NCBI GenBank assembly: GCA_035309865.1
Contig: DATGER010000134.1
Span: 5,331-69,330 of the forward strand
Length of the DNA stretch: 64,000 nucleotides
Direction: 5' to 3'
DNA from: Chloroflexota bacterium
Lineage (GTDB): Bacteria > Chloroflexota > UBA6077 > CF-72
Below the pieces are notes generated by a model. The model was given only the letters and a program-made list of their open reading frames with translations. It made no database searches and had not been told where the DNA came from. The position numbers and the translations under genes are program-made. Positions 33,850-45,560 of the stretch are shown one piece after another (within the stretch, counting starts at the first letter, position 1; each line of letters begins with the position of its first letter).

Positions 33850-35022
33850 CTACGCGGGCAACCCGGGGGTGCACGCGTAGTGACGGCCGCCGCGGATCAC
33901 GGCTACGGGGTCGAGCCGGGTACCCGCCAGTTCTTCGACGCCCGCGCTGTCTCGAAACCGGAACTCGCCGTCGGTCAAGCGCAGGAGGGTGATGTCCGCA
34001 GCGGCACCAGGACTCAGGGTGCCGAGCTCGTCCGCGCGGCCAATACACGCGGCCGGGGTGGTGGTTACCCGTTCCAGGACGGCTGGCAACGTCAGGCCGA
34101 GGTGGAGGAATTTGCTGGCCGTCGTCGCCAGGTCGTACACCGGCCCGGCGATGTTCCACGCGTGGATGTCTGAGCTGATGGTTGTCGGCAGCAGGCCCTG
34201 CGCCAGGCCAGCCCGAGCCACCGTCCAGTCGAAGCTGCCGGCGCCATGGCCGACATCGAAGTGCACCCCGCGGTCGACGGCGGCACGGACCGAGGCCCGC
34301 ACACGTGCGTGTTCGTCGAGCACTCCCTCGGTGCGCGCGTGGTACACGTGCGTGACGACGTCGCCGCGCACCAGGTTCCCCAGGATCTCATCCAGTGGGA
34401 TCGCGGTGTGACCGGCGTGAACCATCACCGGCTTCCCGATCGCGTCGGCCACCTGTCTGGCCCGCCGCAGGACCTCGCGGGTGTGCTCTGCGTCCGGGCC
34501 GACGAGTTCTTCACTGATGCGGAGCTTGATACCGGTAATCGTGTCGGCATAGGCACGCGCGACCGCGAGCGCGCGCTCGACATTCGCCCAGCGAATATCT
34601 TCGAGCTCGCCGATAGCTTCGGCGCCGAAGCTATCGTCGCGCGCCATCCCGATGGCCGAGAGATGCAGCATGGCCACGACGCGGGTCAGCGACACGTCGA
34701 TCACGTAGCGCTTGAAGCCTGGAAAGGTCGAGGCCCCAGCGGAGCCCGCGTCGACCGCCGTCGTCACGCCACGCCGCAGGCAGTGTGCATCGGCGTCGAC
34801 GCCAAGGGGCGCCACACCCCAGTACACGTGGGTGTGCAGATCGACCCAGCCAGGTGTCACCACCAGTCCGCTGGCATCGACCACCGCGCCGCGGACGCCC
34901 TGCCGAGCGAGATCAGGCCCGATCTCGGCGATCCGGGGTCCAATGACGCCGACATCGCGTACGCCGTCCAGATCCTGGCTCGGATCGATCACGCGCCCAC
35001 CGCGCACGATCAGATCAAACAT
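33850..35022 (-). CDS. Amidohydrolase/deacetylase family metallohydrolase
   Basis: MFDLIVRGGRVIDP...VVTPGWVDLHTHVY (HxH metal motif), later HAGH and FDVGHG motifs. 390 aa. Confidence 0.8.
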   Translation of the reverse strand: MFDLIVRGGRVIDPSQDLDGVRDVGVIGPRIAEIGPDLARQGVRGAVVDASGLVVTPGWVDLHTHVYWGVAPLGVDADAHCLRRGVTTAVDAGSAGASTFPGFKRYVIDVSLTRVVAMLHLSAIGMARDDSFGAEAIGELEDIRWANVERALAVARAYADTITGIKLRISEELVGPDAEHTREVLRRARQVADAIGKPVMVHAGHTAIPLDEILGNLVRGDVVTHVYHARTEGVLDEHARVRASVRAAVDRGVHFDVGHGAGSFDWTVARAGLAQGLLPTTISSDIHAWNIAGPVYDLATTASKFLHLGLTLPAVLERVTTTPAACIGRADELGTLSPGAAADITLLRLTDGEFRFRDSAGVEELAGTRLDPVAVIRGGRHYACTPGLPA

Positions 35023-35037
35023 GGATTCCGCCCCGAG

Positions 35038-35634
35038 CTACCTCGCCGCGGCTCGCTCGATCCGCGTGATCTCGGTTGCGCCGAGCTTCTCCGCCTGGCG
35101 AACGGCATCCAGAATGTCCAGCGCGTCGACGATTCGAACACCCACGAAGCTGACCCGGTACCTGGCCAGGCCATTTGCCCGCGCCGCCGCCGCCGGACGA
35201 CGTCCGGCGCGTGTTCCCAGTGCCGGCCGACCGCGCCGGCGGGCGACGGGCCGCTCCGCCCGGGCAGGCGCCGTGGCACTCCGAGCCCGCCTGCCGCGCA
35301 GCCTGATACCGCGTTGCTGCAGCAGCCGATAGAGCGACGATTCCGCGATCCCGAATCGCGATTTGATCTCCGACAGAGAAGTCGACGTCTCGGCATACAG
35401 TCGACCGAGCTCCGCTTTCTGAACTTCGGTCAGGTTGCGTCGCCTGGCGCGCGGACGTGGTGTAGCCACCGGTGCGGCAGGCTGGTCGGAGGTCTCATCC
35501 GTCGGCACCGACGTGGCGGTGACAGCACTGATTGTCAAAATCGATAGCTCCCTGGCGCGCGCTGCGCGCGAATTGTCCGGATCACGGCTTCGAACTTGTG
35601 TGAAGACGTGAGTAAGCATCATAGCCTGGACCAT
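35038..35634 (-). CDS. Putative helix-turn-helix DNA-binding protein
   Basis: LTEVQKAELGRLYAETSTSLSEIKSRFGIAESSLYRLLQQRGI looks like a resolvase/sigma-r4-type HTH. The rest is Arg/Ala-rich. Start uncertain. Confidence 0.45.
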   Translation of the reverse strand: MVQAMMLTHVFTQVRSRDPDNSRAARARELSILTISAVTATSVPTDETSDQPAAPVATPRPRARRRNLTEVQKAELGRLYAETSTSLSEIKSRFGIAESSLYRLLQQRGIRLRGRRARSATAPARAERPVARRRGRPALGTRAGRRPAAAARANGLARYRVSFVGVRIVDALDILDAVRQAEKLGATEITRIERAAAR

Positions 35635-35669
35635 CTCTCACGCGACGCTTGCGGGGCCGAGCGGCGTGC

Positions 35670-37727
35670 TCAGGACGGTGGTCCGCTGTGAGCGGTTTGG
35701 GCCAGATCGGCCAGATAGCTGGAGCTCAGCGCCATAAGTGCGCCATCACTCGGGATTCCCTGAGGGTCCACCAACCCGAAGACCCGGTCGAGCTCCTCGG
35801 GGCCATTGGTGGCCCACGTATATGCCAGCCCGCCCAGCACGACGCCGGGCCGCGAGCGAATGATCGCCCAGTCCCGTTCAAAGCCGAGCGGCCGCTCGGC
35901 CGGGCCCACACCCGCCGGCGCAAACTCGGAAAGCACCAGGGGACCACCCAGCCACTGGCTGGGCCACGTGGCGACGATTTGCTCGAGCCGCGTCTGCGAG
36001 TAGACATTGGCCCCGTAGACCAGCCATGGCCGCTCGACCCCAGTTGCCAGAAACGCTGTTTTGAGTCGAGCGAGGTACACGTCCTCGGCGTCCCGATAGA
36101 TCACCGGATGATCCGGGTCGAGCTGGTGAATCCGGTCGACAAGCACCGGCAGGAAGGCGGCGAAGGCGTCCGCGCGGGCGCGCGCCACGGGGTTGTTTTC
36201 CTGGCTCACCCACTGCGGATACAGGATGCGGTGCAGGTCTTCATTGCCCGGCGCCCACATGCGCACGGCCGGATTGTTCTTGTACCGTTCGACGTACGCC
36301 GAAACATGGTCCAGAATGCTCTGGCGGACGTTTGGATTGTCGTACGGCCAGTCCTGATTGAGCTCGAACGGCATCAGCACCCCGATCCCGTTGCGCGCGG
36401 CGTAGTCAAGGGTCAGCTCATCGAACTGGGTTTCGAACCAGCCTTCAATCGTGTTGATGCCGAGCCCGCGCATCGCGCTGAAATCGCGCTGGTAGAGTCG
36501 TGCTCGATCGCCGGCAGTCAGGCCGGCGTATTGCGGGTTGTAGCCGACGCCGCGAATAATGCGCGGTTGGCCGTCGACCAGGTATCGCCACGCCCCATCT
36601 GTACCGTGCGCGAGCCGCACGCTGACCGGCCCCACAGCCGGGCGGTTCGGGAGTGATAACTCCGCCGCTTCGGGCAGCGGCTGAGGCGCTCCAGTCAGGG
36701 TTGGACGCGGGTCTCCCGCCCAGTTCGATCCGCCGATTGCGAGCGCGCCAATCGGCGATACCGCCAACAACACGGCCACCCCCCCGCCGGCCAGCAGCAG
36801 CCGACGCTGGCGGGTCGGTGCTGCTGCTGGCCGGTCACGCCGGCGACGCCGCACGAGCCGGCTCAGCCGGCTGCCCGACGCCAGGACGAGCGCCGCGCAC
36901 GCGTACGCCCCAACGCTGAGACTGCCGCCGAAGATGAACGCAGACAGCGGCTGGGGCAGCTGCGCGAGAGCGGTTGTGAACCACGCGCCGTTATTCGGCA
37001 GTGCCAGGGCAAGCGCGAACGGCAGTCCGGATGCCTCGACATCCGGAATGGCGAGGCGGGCCGCGAGCAGATGGTTGACCACGATCTGGGCCTGGATGAA
37101 CAGACCCAGCAAACCCAGCGTCACGTCACGGTCCGACCGCCGCGCGAGCCAGAGACCCAGCGTCAGCCAGAGCACGTCGGCGCCAAAGCTGGCCAGTCCG
37201 CGGCCGAGCGCCGGGGCGCCTGGCGCAGCGACCATACTGACGCCGGCGTCGGGGATCACGCGGTCGGGGCCGAGCACGAGCCACGGCACGAGCCCGTGCA
37301 GCCAGGTGCCGAGCGGCCCGGCCACGGCCAGACCAGCAATCTGGACCCCGCCCGCGGCGCGCACGGCGCCCCCGGCATAGATCGGATCCAGGCCCAGCCA
37401 ACCGATGACTGGTTGCCAGAAGCCGGTCCCGATCGCGGCGTGCAACAGGCCCGCGACACCGCACACCGACAGCTCGTGGCCAAGCCCCACAAACGGTCGC
37501 AGGACCACGTAGACGCCGATCGCCAGGCAGCCCAGTCGCCAGACATCCGGCGACCGAGGCGCGCGCGCCCGAGCCGGCTCCGCGGGCGCTCCAGCGTGCG
37601 CGAACACGCCTTGCGCGACTGCCCGGGTGAGTACGTCCCAGGGCACCTTCGCGCGGCGAGCACGCGCGAACGTCGCGCACGCCTCGGCTGAGATGCCCTG
37701 GCCGAATGCCTGGCGCAAGCATGCCAC
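35670..37727 (-). CDS. Polytopic membrane domain fused to a clan GH-A (GH2-TIM-like) glycoside hydrolase
   Basis: 685 aa. The N-terminal ~330 aa have many TM helices. The C-terminal domain has YLVDGQPRIIRGVGYNPQY, MWAPGNEDL (acid/base NE) and LVLSEFAPAG (nucleophile E). Paralogue of 38687..40501 over both domains. Start uncertain. Confidence 0.7.
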   Translation of the reverse strand: MACLRQAFGQGISAEACATFARARRAKVPWDVLTRAVAQGVFAHAGAPAEPARARAPRSPDVWRLGCLAIGVYVVLRPFVGLGHELSVCGVAGLLHAAIGTGFWQPVIGWLGLDPIYAGGAVRAAGGVQIAGLAVAGPLGTWLHGLVPWLVLGPDRVIPDAGVSMVAAPGAPALGRGLASFGADVLWLTLGLWLARRSDRDVTLGLLGLFIQAQIVVNHLLAARLAIPDVEASGLPFALALALPNNGAWFTTALAQLPQPLSAFIFGGSLSVGAYACAALVLASGSRLSRLVRRRRRDRPAAAPTRQRRLLLAGGGVAVLLAVSPIGALAIGGSNWAGDPRPTLTGAPQPLPEAAELSLPNRPAVGPVSVRLAHGTDGAWRYLVDGQPRIIRGVGYNPQYAGLTAGDRARLYQRDFSAMRGLGINTIEGWFETQFDELTLDYAARNGIGVLMPFELNQDWPYDNPNVRQSILDHVSAYVERYKNNPAVRMWAPGNEDLHRILYPQWVSQENNPVARARADAFAAFLPVLVDRIHQLDPDHPVIYRDAEDVYLARLKTAFLATGVERPWLVYGANVYSQTRLEQIVATWPSQWLGGPLVLSEFAPAGVGPAERPLGFERDWAIIRSRPGVVLGGLAYTWATNGPEELDRVFGLVDPQGIPSDGALMALSSSYLADLAQTAHSGPPS

Positions 37728-37873
37728 CTGGGCGGCCTGGCCAGGGGATGGCGGCGCGACTGGCGGCGCGGGCGGCGGATTGCGCGCGAACGTAGGCGTA
37801 GATCCTCCATGGCATGCCTCGACTCGGCCAGCCAGCGCCCTGGCCGGCTTGACGGGGCGGCGTGATTTCCCTT

Positions 37874-37889
37874 TAATGTACGTACATTA
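37874..37889. promoter_or_regulatory. Perfect 16-nt palindrome, candidate GntR/HutC operator
   Basis: TAATGTACGTACATTA at 37874-37889, 4 nt upstream of the GntR ATG (37893), in the 165-nt divergent region shared with the membrane-GH gene. It contains the GT...AC half-site pattern typical of GntR operators. Confidence 0.55.
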
Positions 37890-37892
37890 TCG

Positions 37893-38690
37893 ATGTCGAC
37901 GCAAGGGCGGCCCGGCGGCGCAGACGCACGCACGATTGCCCGCTCGCTCAGGTCAGAGCCCGGTGAGCCGCTCCATCGGCAGCTGGAAGCCACGCTGCGG
38001 CGGCTGATTCACCTGGGCGAGTTCCGTCCGGGCTCGAGCTTGCCCGCCGAGCACGAGCTGGCCGCCGCGCTCGGTTTGAGTCGCCACACGGTGCGCCATT
38101 CTCTCGGCGTCCTGGCCGCCGAAGGTCTTGTCCAGCGCCAGCGAGGTCGAGGCGGCGGCACCCGGGTGCTGGACCCCGCGGCGCCGATCATCGAGCGCAG
38201 CCTCTCGAGCTTCTATGCGTTTGCCTGGGAGGTCCAGGCGCGCGGCGAAACTCAGCGTTCGTTTGTGCTCGAACGCACCACCATTGCCGCCGCTCCCGCT
38301 GATCTCGCGGAACGGGTGGGAATCGCAGGCGGCGATCCGATCGAGCGGATCGTGCGTTTGCGGACCGCGGATGGAGAACCGCTGGTGCTCGAAACCGCGT
38401 ATCTGTCAGCGCGACTGGCCAGCCGTCTGGAACAGGCCGTGCTGGAGCAGGGTTCCGTCTACGATGCGGTCGAGCGCCTGCACGGAACTCGCATCGTCAA
38501 GGCCCACGAGACGATCCGGCCGATCGCGCTGACGCGCGCGGCCGCCAGGCTCCTGGGCGTGCGGGCCGGCTCGCCGGCCTTGCTGGTCGAGCGTCAGACC
38601 CTGGCGGAAGACGGACCCATCGAGTGGCAGGAGAGCATCGTGCGCGGCGACCGCTACCTGTACTCCATTGACCTGCCTCGCCGCCGATGA
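37893..38690 (+). CDS. GntR family transcriptional regulator, HutC subfamily (UTRA effector domain)
   Basis: The winged HTH LPAEHELAAALGLSRHTVRHSLGVLAAEGLVQRQRGRGGGTRV is followed by a ~140-aa UTRA-like domain. ATGA overlap with the next gene. Confidence 0.85.
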   Translation: MSTQGRPGGADARTIARSLRSEPGEPLHRQLEATLRRLIHLGEFRPGSSLPAEHELAAALGLSRHTVRHSLGVLAAEGLVQRQRGRGGGTRVLDPAAPIIERSLSSFYAFAWEVQARGETQRSFVLERTTIAAAPADLAERVGIAGGDPIERIVRLRTADGEPLVLETAYLSARLASRLEQAVLEQGSVYDAVERLHGTRIVKAHETIRPIALTRAAARLLGVRAGSPALLVERQTLAEDGPIEWQESIVRGDRYLYSIDLPRRR

Positions 38691-40501
38691 TGTGTACCGT
38701 ACGACGCGCCGCGATCGGGTTGGCCGCGCTCCTTGGAGGCAGCGCGGTTGGAGTGGCCGTGCGCCTGGCGCTCTTTGCGCTCGGCTGCCTGACCGTCAGA
38801 CTGCTGAGTGTACTCAGCCTGGCGGTGGTGCCGACCTCGGGCGCACTCGACCCGGTGTACACGCATGCGCTCCTGCGCAGCCTCGCAGATATCCAGCTGC
38901 AGGGCCTGGCAATTGCCGGTCCACCAGGTGATTGGCTGCACGCCACGTGGCCCAATCTGTTTACCGAATCAGCGCTCGCGCATTGGGCGCCGGCGCGATT
39001 GGTGATCCAGCCAGGCAGTCCGGTGCTCGCGCGGTGGTCCGCGGCCGCGATCGCCCATGCCGGCGTGCTGGGCGCCGGCCTGATGCTCGTGCGTGCGGGC
39101 TGGCGCCGTCGATCGTCCGTCATGTTGGCAGGCCTGGCGATGCAGTCGCAGGTCGCTCTCGGTATTCTTGGCGCGCAGCCGTCGGTCCGTGAGCTCGAGG
39201 CGACGGGAGTTTCCTTTGCGGCAAGTGCAATCCTGCCGTGGCTCGCACTGCGTGGACATGCGCTGAGCGACGCGATCGACCCCGCGTGGTACCCGCTGAT
39301 GCCTGCCCTGCTGGTCGCACTGGCGTTGTGCCTGGCCTACACGCCGGTGGCGGTCTTGCTGTGCCTGCGCCGACGGCTCGGTCGCATGGCGGTCGGCACC
39401 GCCCTGGCGGTGATTGTGGCCTCGGCGGCCTGCGCCGGCGCGATGCGACAGGACGTGGCCGCGGCCTCGCCCGGACCAGCCGGCGTCGCCGAGATAAGTG
39501 CGGCACCGCGGCTGACCGAAGCGTTCGATCGTTGGTTCGACGAGCAGTCATCCGCGATGCCACCGCCGGTAGCCGGTCCGAGCCGAGTCCAGATCGTCGG
39601 GACGGCGTATCACTATACCTACGTCGTCAACGGTCAGCCCGAAGTCATCAAAGGCATGGGCCTGAACACCCAGTACAGCCAGCAACTGACGCCCCCCGAG
39701 CGGGCCGCGCAACTGGATTCCGACATGCAAGCTCTGCAGGCGCTGGGGGTAAACACCGTACTTGGTTGGGACCCAGCTGAGTTCGACGGCGTCCTGTTGG
39801 ATGCGGCGCAGAAATACGGCATCGGCGTGGTGATGCCGTTCGACCTCGATCCGGAGGCTGACTACGCCGATCCTGGAGTACGCCAACAGCTCCACGACGA
39901 GGTGCTGGCCTGGGTCGCCCGGTATCGAGCCTACCCGGCTATGCGGATGTGGGGGCTCGGCAACGAAGTGCTGCACAAGATCGTGCATCCGGCCTGGGTC
40001 GGGCCGCAGGACCCTCAACGTGAGCGTAACGCCGAGGCGTTCAGCGACTGGCTCGTCGAGACCGCCGACGCCATCCACGCGGCCGACCCGGATCACCCGG
40101 TGACGTACCGCTCAGCGGAGGATGCGTTTGTCGATTGGGTTGCCGCGGCGATGCAGCGACGTGGCGGCGGACCGCGATCATGGTTTGTGTGGGGCACCAA
40201 CTGCTATCAGGACTATCTCGCGCACATCGTGGATCACTGGTCAGAATCGGGGCTGCAGTCGGCGCTGTGGGTATCTGAGTTCGCACCCGGCGGGCTGGCG
40301 GTTCCAGATCGCCCGGCCGGCTTCAGCGCCATGTGGGCGGCTATCCGACACGATCCGGATTGGGTCCTGGGTGGCGCGGTCTACGCCTGGACACGCAATG
40401 GCCCGGAGGGAGTCGATCGCAATTTCGGCTTGACGGACGACGGCGTACCGGTCGACGGTCGTTCGCTGGAGATGTTGAGCGCACTGTTCCACACCGAATG
40501 A
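38687..40501 (+). CDS. Polytopic membrane domain fused to a clan GH-A (GH2-TIM-like) glycoside hydrolase (paralogue)
   Basis: 604 aa. The TM-rich N-terminal ~290 aa contain DIQLQGLAIAGPPGDWLH (compare GVQIAGLAVAGPLGTWLH in the paralogue). The C-terminal domain has YVVNGQPEVIKGMGLNTQY, MWGLGNEVL and LWVSEFAPGG. Confidence 0.7.
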   Translation: MMCTVRRAAIGLAALLGGSAVGVAVRLALFALGCLTVRLLSVLSLAVVPTSGALDPVYTHALLRSLADIQLQGLAIAGPPGDWLHATWPNLFTESALAHWAPARLVIQPGSPVLARWSAAAIAHAGVLGAGLMLVRAGWRRRSSVMLAGLAMQSQVALGILGAQPSVRELEATGVSFAASAILPWLALRGHALSDAIDPAWYPLMPALLVALALCLAYTPVAVLLCLRRRLGRMAVGTALAVIVASAACAGAMRQDVAAASPGPAGVAEISAAPRLTEAFDRWFDEQSSAMPPPVAGPSRVQIVGTAYHYTYVVNGQPEVIKGMGLNTQYSQQLTPPERAAQLDSDMQALQALGVNTVLGWDPAEFDGVLLDAAQKYGIGVVMPFDLDPEADYADPGVRQQLHDEVLAWVARYRAYPAMRMWGLGNEVLHKIVHPAWVGPQDPQRERNAEAFSDWLVETADAIHAADPDHPVTYRSAEDAFVDWVAAAMQRRGGGPRSWFVWGTNCYQDYLAHIVDHWSESGLQSALWVSEFAPGGLAVPDRPAGFSAMWAAIRHDPDWVLGGAVYAWTRNGPEGVDRNFGLTDDGVPVDGRSLEMLSALFHTE

Positions 40502-42045
40502 TGGGCTGTGTCGGTGGTCGTGCCTTCGCCATGTTGACCGCGGCGAGTTTGCTGGTGATCGGTTCCAGCCCGGACGTCGCACAGGTGGCCGAGGGTCCGT
40601 GGCAGGAAACTCGATTCCGAACTGGCTGCGACCCGGGCCCGTTCGAGCCGCCCGCGCCGCCCGAACACCTGCAGACGGCCTATCCACCGCTCGGTACGGT
40701 GGCCACGCCCGCCGCGCTGCGGGTTGACCTGGCGACCGACTCCGCGTCGGAAACGCACCCGATACTGGGTGCCGGGTTCAATTTCGAACATGGCTTGTGG
40801 AGTTGTCCCGAGTTCCGGGGTCTTTTTCGGACTGAGATTCTGGACCCGTTCAAGCCGTCGATCGCGCGCATCGACACCGGCTTGCTGCCAGCCGCTCCAG
40901 CCGACCTCCCGGCCGCGGCGCTCGGACCGTCAGTTTATGTGTCGGTCCTGTCCTCGGCCCCGTATGCCGAGAGCTGGCGGTTCTTTCGCCGACTCAACCG
41001 CGCTGGCGTCAAGATTGTTCTCGGCGTGTGGGGCGGTCCCGCGCAATTCACCGACGATGGCACCCGACTGGGCGTCCTGAAGCCCGCGCACTACGACGAC
41101 TACGTCGAGTACGTCGCCACCCTGGTCGACTTCCTCGTCCACCAGCAGAATGTCCAGATCTGGGCCACCACGATCGCCAATGAACCCGACGGCGGCGACG
41201 GAAACCAGATTCCGCCGGCGGGCCTCGCGTACATCGCGGCCCAGCTTGCGCCGCGCATCGCTGCCGACGGAGTGAAGCTCTATGGACCGGACACCGCCAA
41301 CGCGGCAGATGCACTCCTGTACCTGCCGCCGCTCCTGGACGACCCCGTGGTCGCGGGCAACCTGGCCTTCGTCGGTTTTCACCAGTACTACGCCAGTCCG
41401 GACGTAGGTACACTGGTCAACTTCGTCCGCGCGCGGCGTCCCGACTTGCCAGTGGTCGCCACGGAGTACACCTCGTTCGGATTTGGCGACCTGGACGCGG
41501 GTCAGGAAGCCAACGCCCAGATTGGCTTCGCGCTCGACATCGCCAGCACCGTGCTGGCTCACTACCGTTCCGGGGTTGACGCCGCCATCTACTGGGACGC
41601 CGTCGACTATCTCCAGCCGGGCCATGACGCGATCACGAAGTGGGGCCTCTTGCGCGGTCCAGCCGATAACTTCCAGCGCCGGCTGCGTTACTACGGCTTG
41701 CTGCAGATCCTGGCCTATCTGCAGCCGGGATCACGCGTGCTCAATCAGCGTCAGGAGGGAGCGTCCGCCCTCCAGAGTTTGGCCATTCGCACCCCGGATG
41801 GCGTCCCGGTCATCTTCCTGATCAATCAGGACTTCTCGCCAACGGACCTGAGCCTCACGCTCACCGGCCCAGACCAGGGTGCGTATCCCGACCTGGTGGT
41901 TACGCGCACGTCCCGCGGGCACCTGGGCGAAGCGCTCGGCTGGGTTCGACTGCACGCTGGCGACGGCTCGCTGACGCTGCCGCCGCGCTCGATCACCACC
42001 CTGTTTCCCGCTGGCACCGCGCCGCAAGGGGATGACTCTCCCTGA
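40498..42045 (+). CDS. Secreted clan GH-A glycoside hydrolase (GH30-like, with a C-terminal beta-sandwich)
   Basis: Start at ATGATG 40498/40501, overlapping the upstream stop. Signal-like MMGCVGGRAFAMLTAASLLVIGSS. WATTIANEPDG (acid/base) and LPVVATEYTSFG (nucleophile). The C-terminal ...VIFLINQDFSPTDLSLTL...LTLPPRSITTLF is beta-sandwich-like. Confidence 0.6.
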   Translation: MMGCVGGRAFAMLTAASLLVIGSSPDVAQVAEGPWQETRFRTGCDPGPFEPPAPPEHLQTAYPPLGTVATPAALRVDLATDSASETHPILGAGFNFEHGLWSCPEFRGLFRTEILDPFKPSIARIDTGLLPAAPADLPAAALGPSVYVSVLSSAPYAESWRFFRRLNRAGVKIVLGVWGGPAQFTDDGTRLGVLKPAHYDDYVEYVATLVDFLVHQQNVQIWATTIANEPDGGDGNQIPPAGLAYIAAQLAPRIAADGVKLYGPDTANAADALLYLPPLLDDPVVAGNLAFVGFHQYYASPDVGTLVNFVRARRPDLPVVATEYTSFGFGDLDAGQEANAQIGFALDIASTVLAHYRSGVDAAIYWDAVDYLQPGHDAITKWGLLRGPADNFQRRLRYYGLLQILAYLQPGSRVLNQRQEGASALQSLAIRTPDGVPVIFLINQDFSPTDLSLTLTGPDQGAYPDLVVTRTSRGHLGEALGWVRLHAGDGSLTLPPRSITTLFPAGTAPQGDDSP

Positions 42046-42237
42046 CGGCGCCTCCGGTTGGCCGAACGGCTCAAGGCGCTGGTGTCGCGGTTCCAGCTTG
42101 ACGACCAGGCCGCCCCCGGCGGGCCTGCTGGTCGCAGCGCAGCGGGCAAGGCGAGCGTGTCGCTGCGGCGTATCGCCTGAGTTTCAAGGTCACCGGCGCG
42201 GCCCCGCTGGGCCCGACGCCTGTGACAGAATCGAGGG

Positions 42238-44796
<2,559 letters not shown>

Positions 44797-44809
44797 AATC
44801 TCGCGGCGC

Positions 44810-45292
44810 TCAGGCGTCGACGAGGTCCTCGGTCGCGCGCTGGCCCGCGCTGGCGGTCACCCGCAGGAAGTCGGCCAGGAGCTCCAGTTCGCCCTCCGCG
44901 TAGCTGGCGCAAATGCGGTCCATCGACGTGTTCATCCCTGAGTACAGCCGCATCAGCTCCGCGTTGCGCGACCTCAGGGCCTGCACGACGACCGCGCGGC
45001 GGTCAGCCGGGTCGCGCTCGCGGGCCACCCAGCCGCCGCGTTCGAGTCGGTCGAGGATGCCGGTGATCGTGGCGGGGTGGAGCCCGGCGCGGCGGGCGAG
45101 GGCGGTCGGGCTGAGCGGACCATGGCCGGCGATCAGATCGAGGCAATTGAGATCGACGTCTTTGAGGTCGAGGTGGGCGCCGACGTGCAGATTGAGCAGG
45201 GAGAGCTGCATGCGCAGCTCGCGCATGGACTGCTTGATCGCCGCGGTCAGCCGTTTTCGACGGCGGAGCGTCTCATTTATTTCGGAATTCAT
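44810..45292 (-). CDS. MarR family transcriptional regulator
   Basis: Winged HTH LSPTALARRAGLHPATITGILDRLERGGWVARERDPADRRAVVV. Confidence 0.85.
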   Translation of the reverse strand: MNSEINETLRRRKRLTAAIKQSMRELRMQLSLLNLHVGAHLDLKDVDLNCLDLIAGHGPLSPTALARRAGLHPATITGILDRLERGGWVARERDPADRRAVVVQALRSRNAELMRLYSGMNTSMDRICASYAEGELELLADFLRVTASAGQRATEDLVDA

Positions 45293-45330
45293 ACAATTTG
45301 GAATCCGTATGCTATGCTACCAGTATTGTA
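45292..45330. promoter_or_regulatory. Imperfect inverted repeat, candidate MarR operator
   Basis: TACAATTTGG (45292-45301) ... CCAGTATTGTA (45320-45330), in an AT-rich stretch directly at the MarR start and upstream of the DoxX-like remnant. Confidence 0.4.
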
Positions 45331-45349
45331 CCGCGCTGGAGCGTCACCC

Positions 45350-45530
45350 ATGTCGACCGCTTACCTCACGCTCGCCCTCCTGGCCGTCTTCGCCAACGGC
45401 GGCTCGTTCATCGCCGCCCTCGTCCACTTCAAGCCCATCGTCCCCGCCAGGTTGAGCGCCGCGTGCCCGAATCCTGGCTGACCTTCCCCATCGGCACCTT
45501 CAAGCCCGCGCCTCGCCTGCCCGCGCACAC
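45350..45530 (+). pseudogene. DoxX-like membrane protein remnant (frameshifted and truncated)
   Basis: ATG 45350 gives MSTAYLTLALLAVFANGGSFIAALVHFKPIVPA..., then a stop. The expected continuation ...VPESWLTFPIGTFK... appears in a second frame and then decays into non-membrane sequence before the next gene. Confidence 0.45.
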
Positions 45531-45560
45531 CACTTTCGTCAAGTCAACAGGAGACATCTC

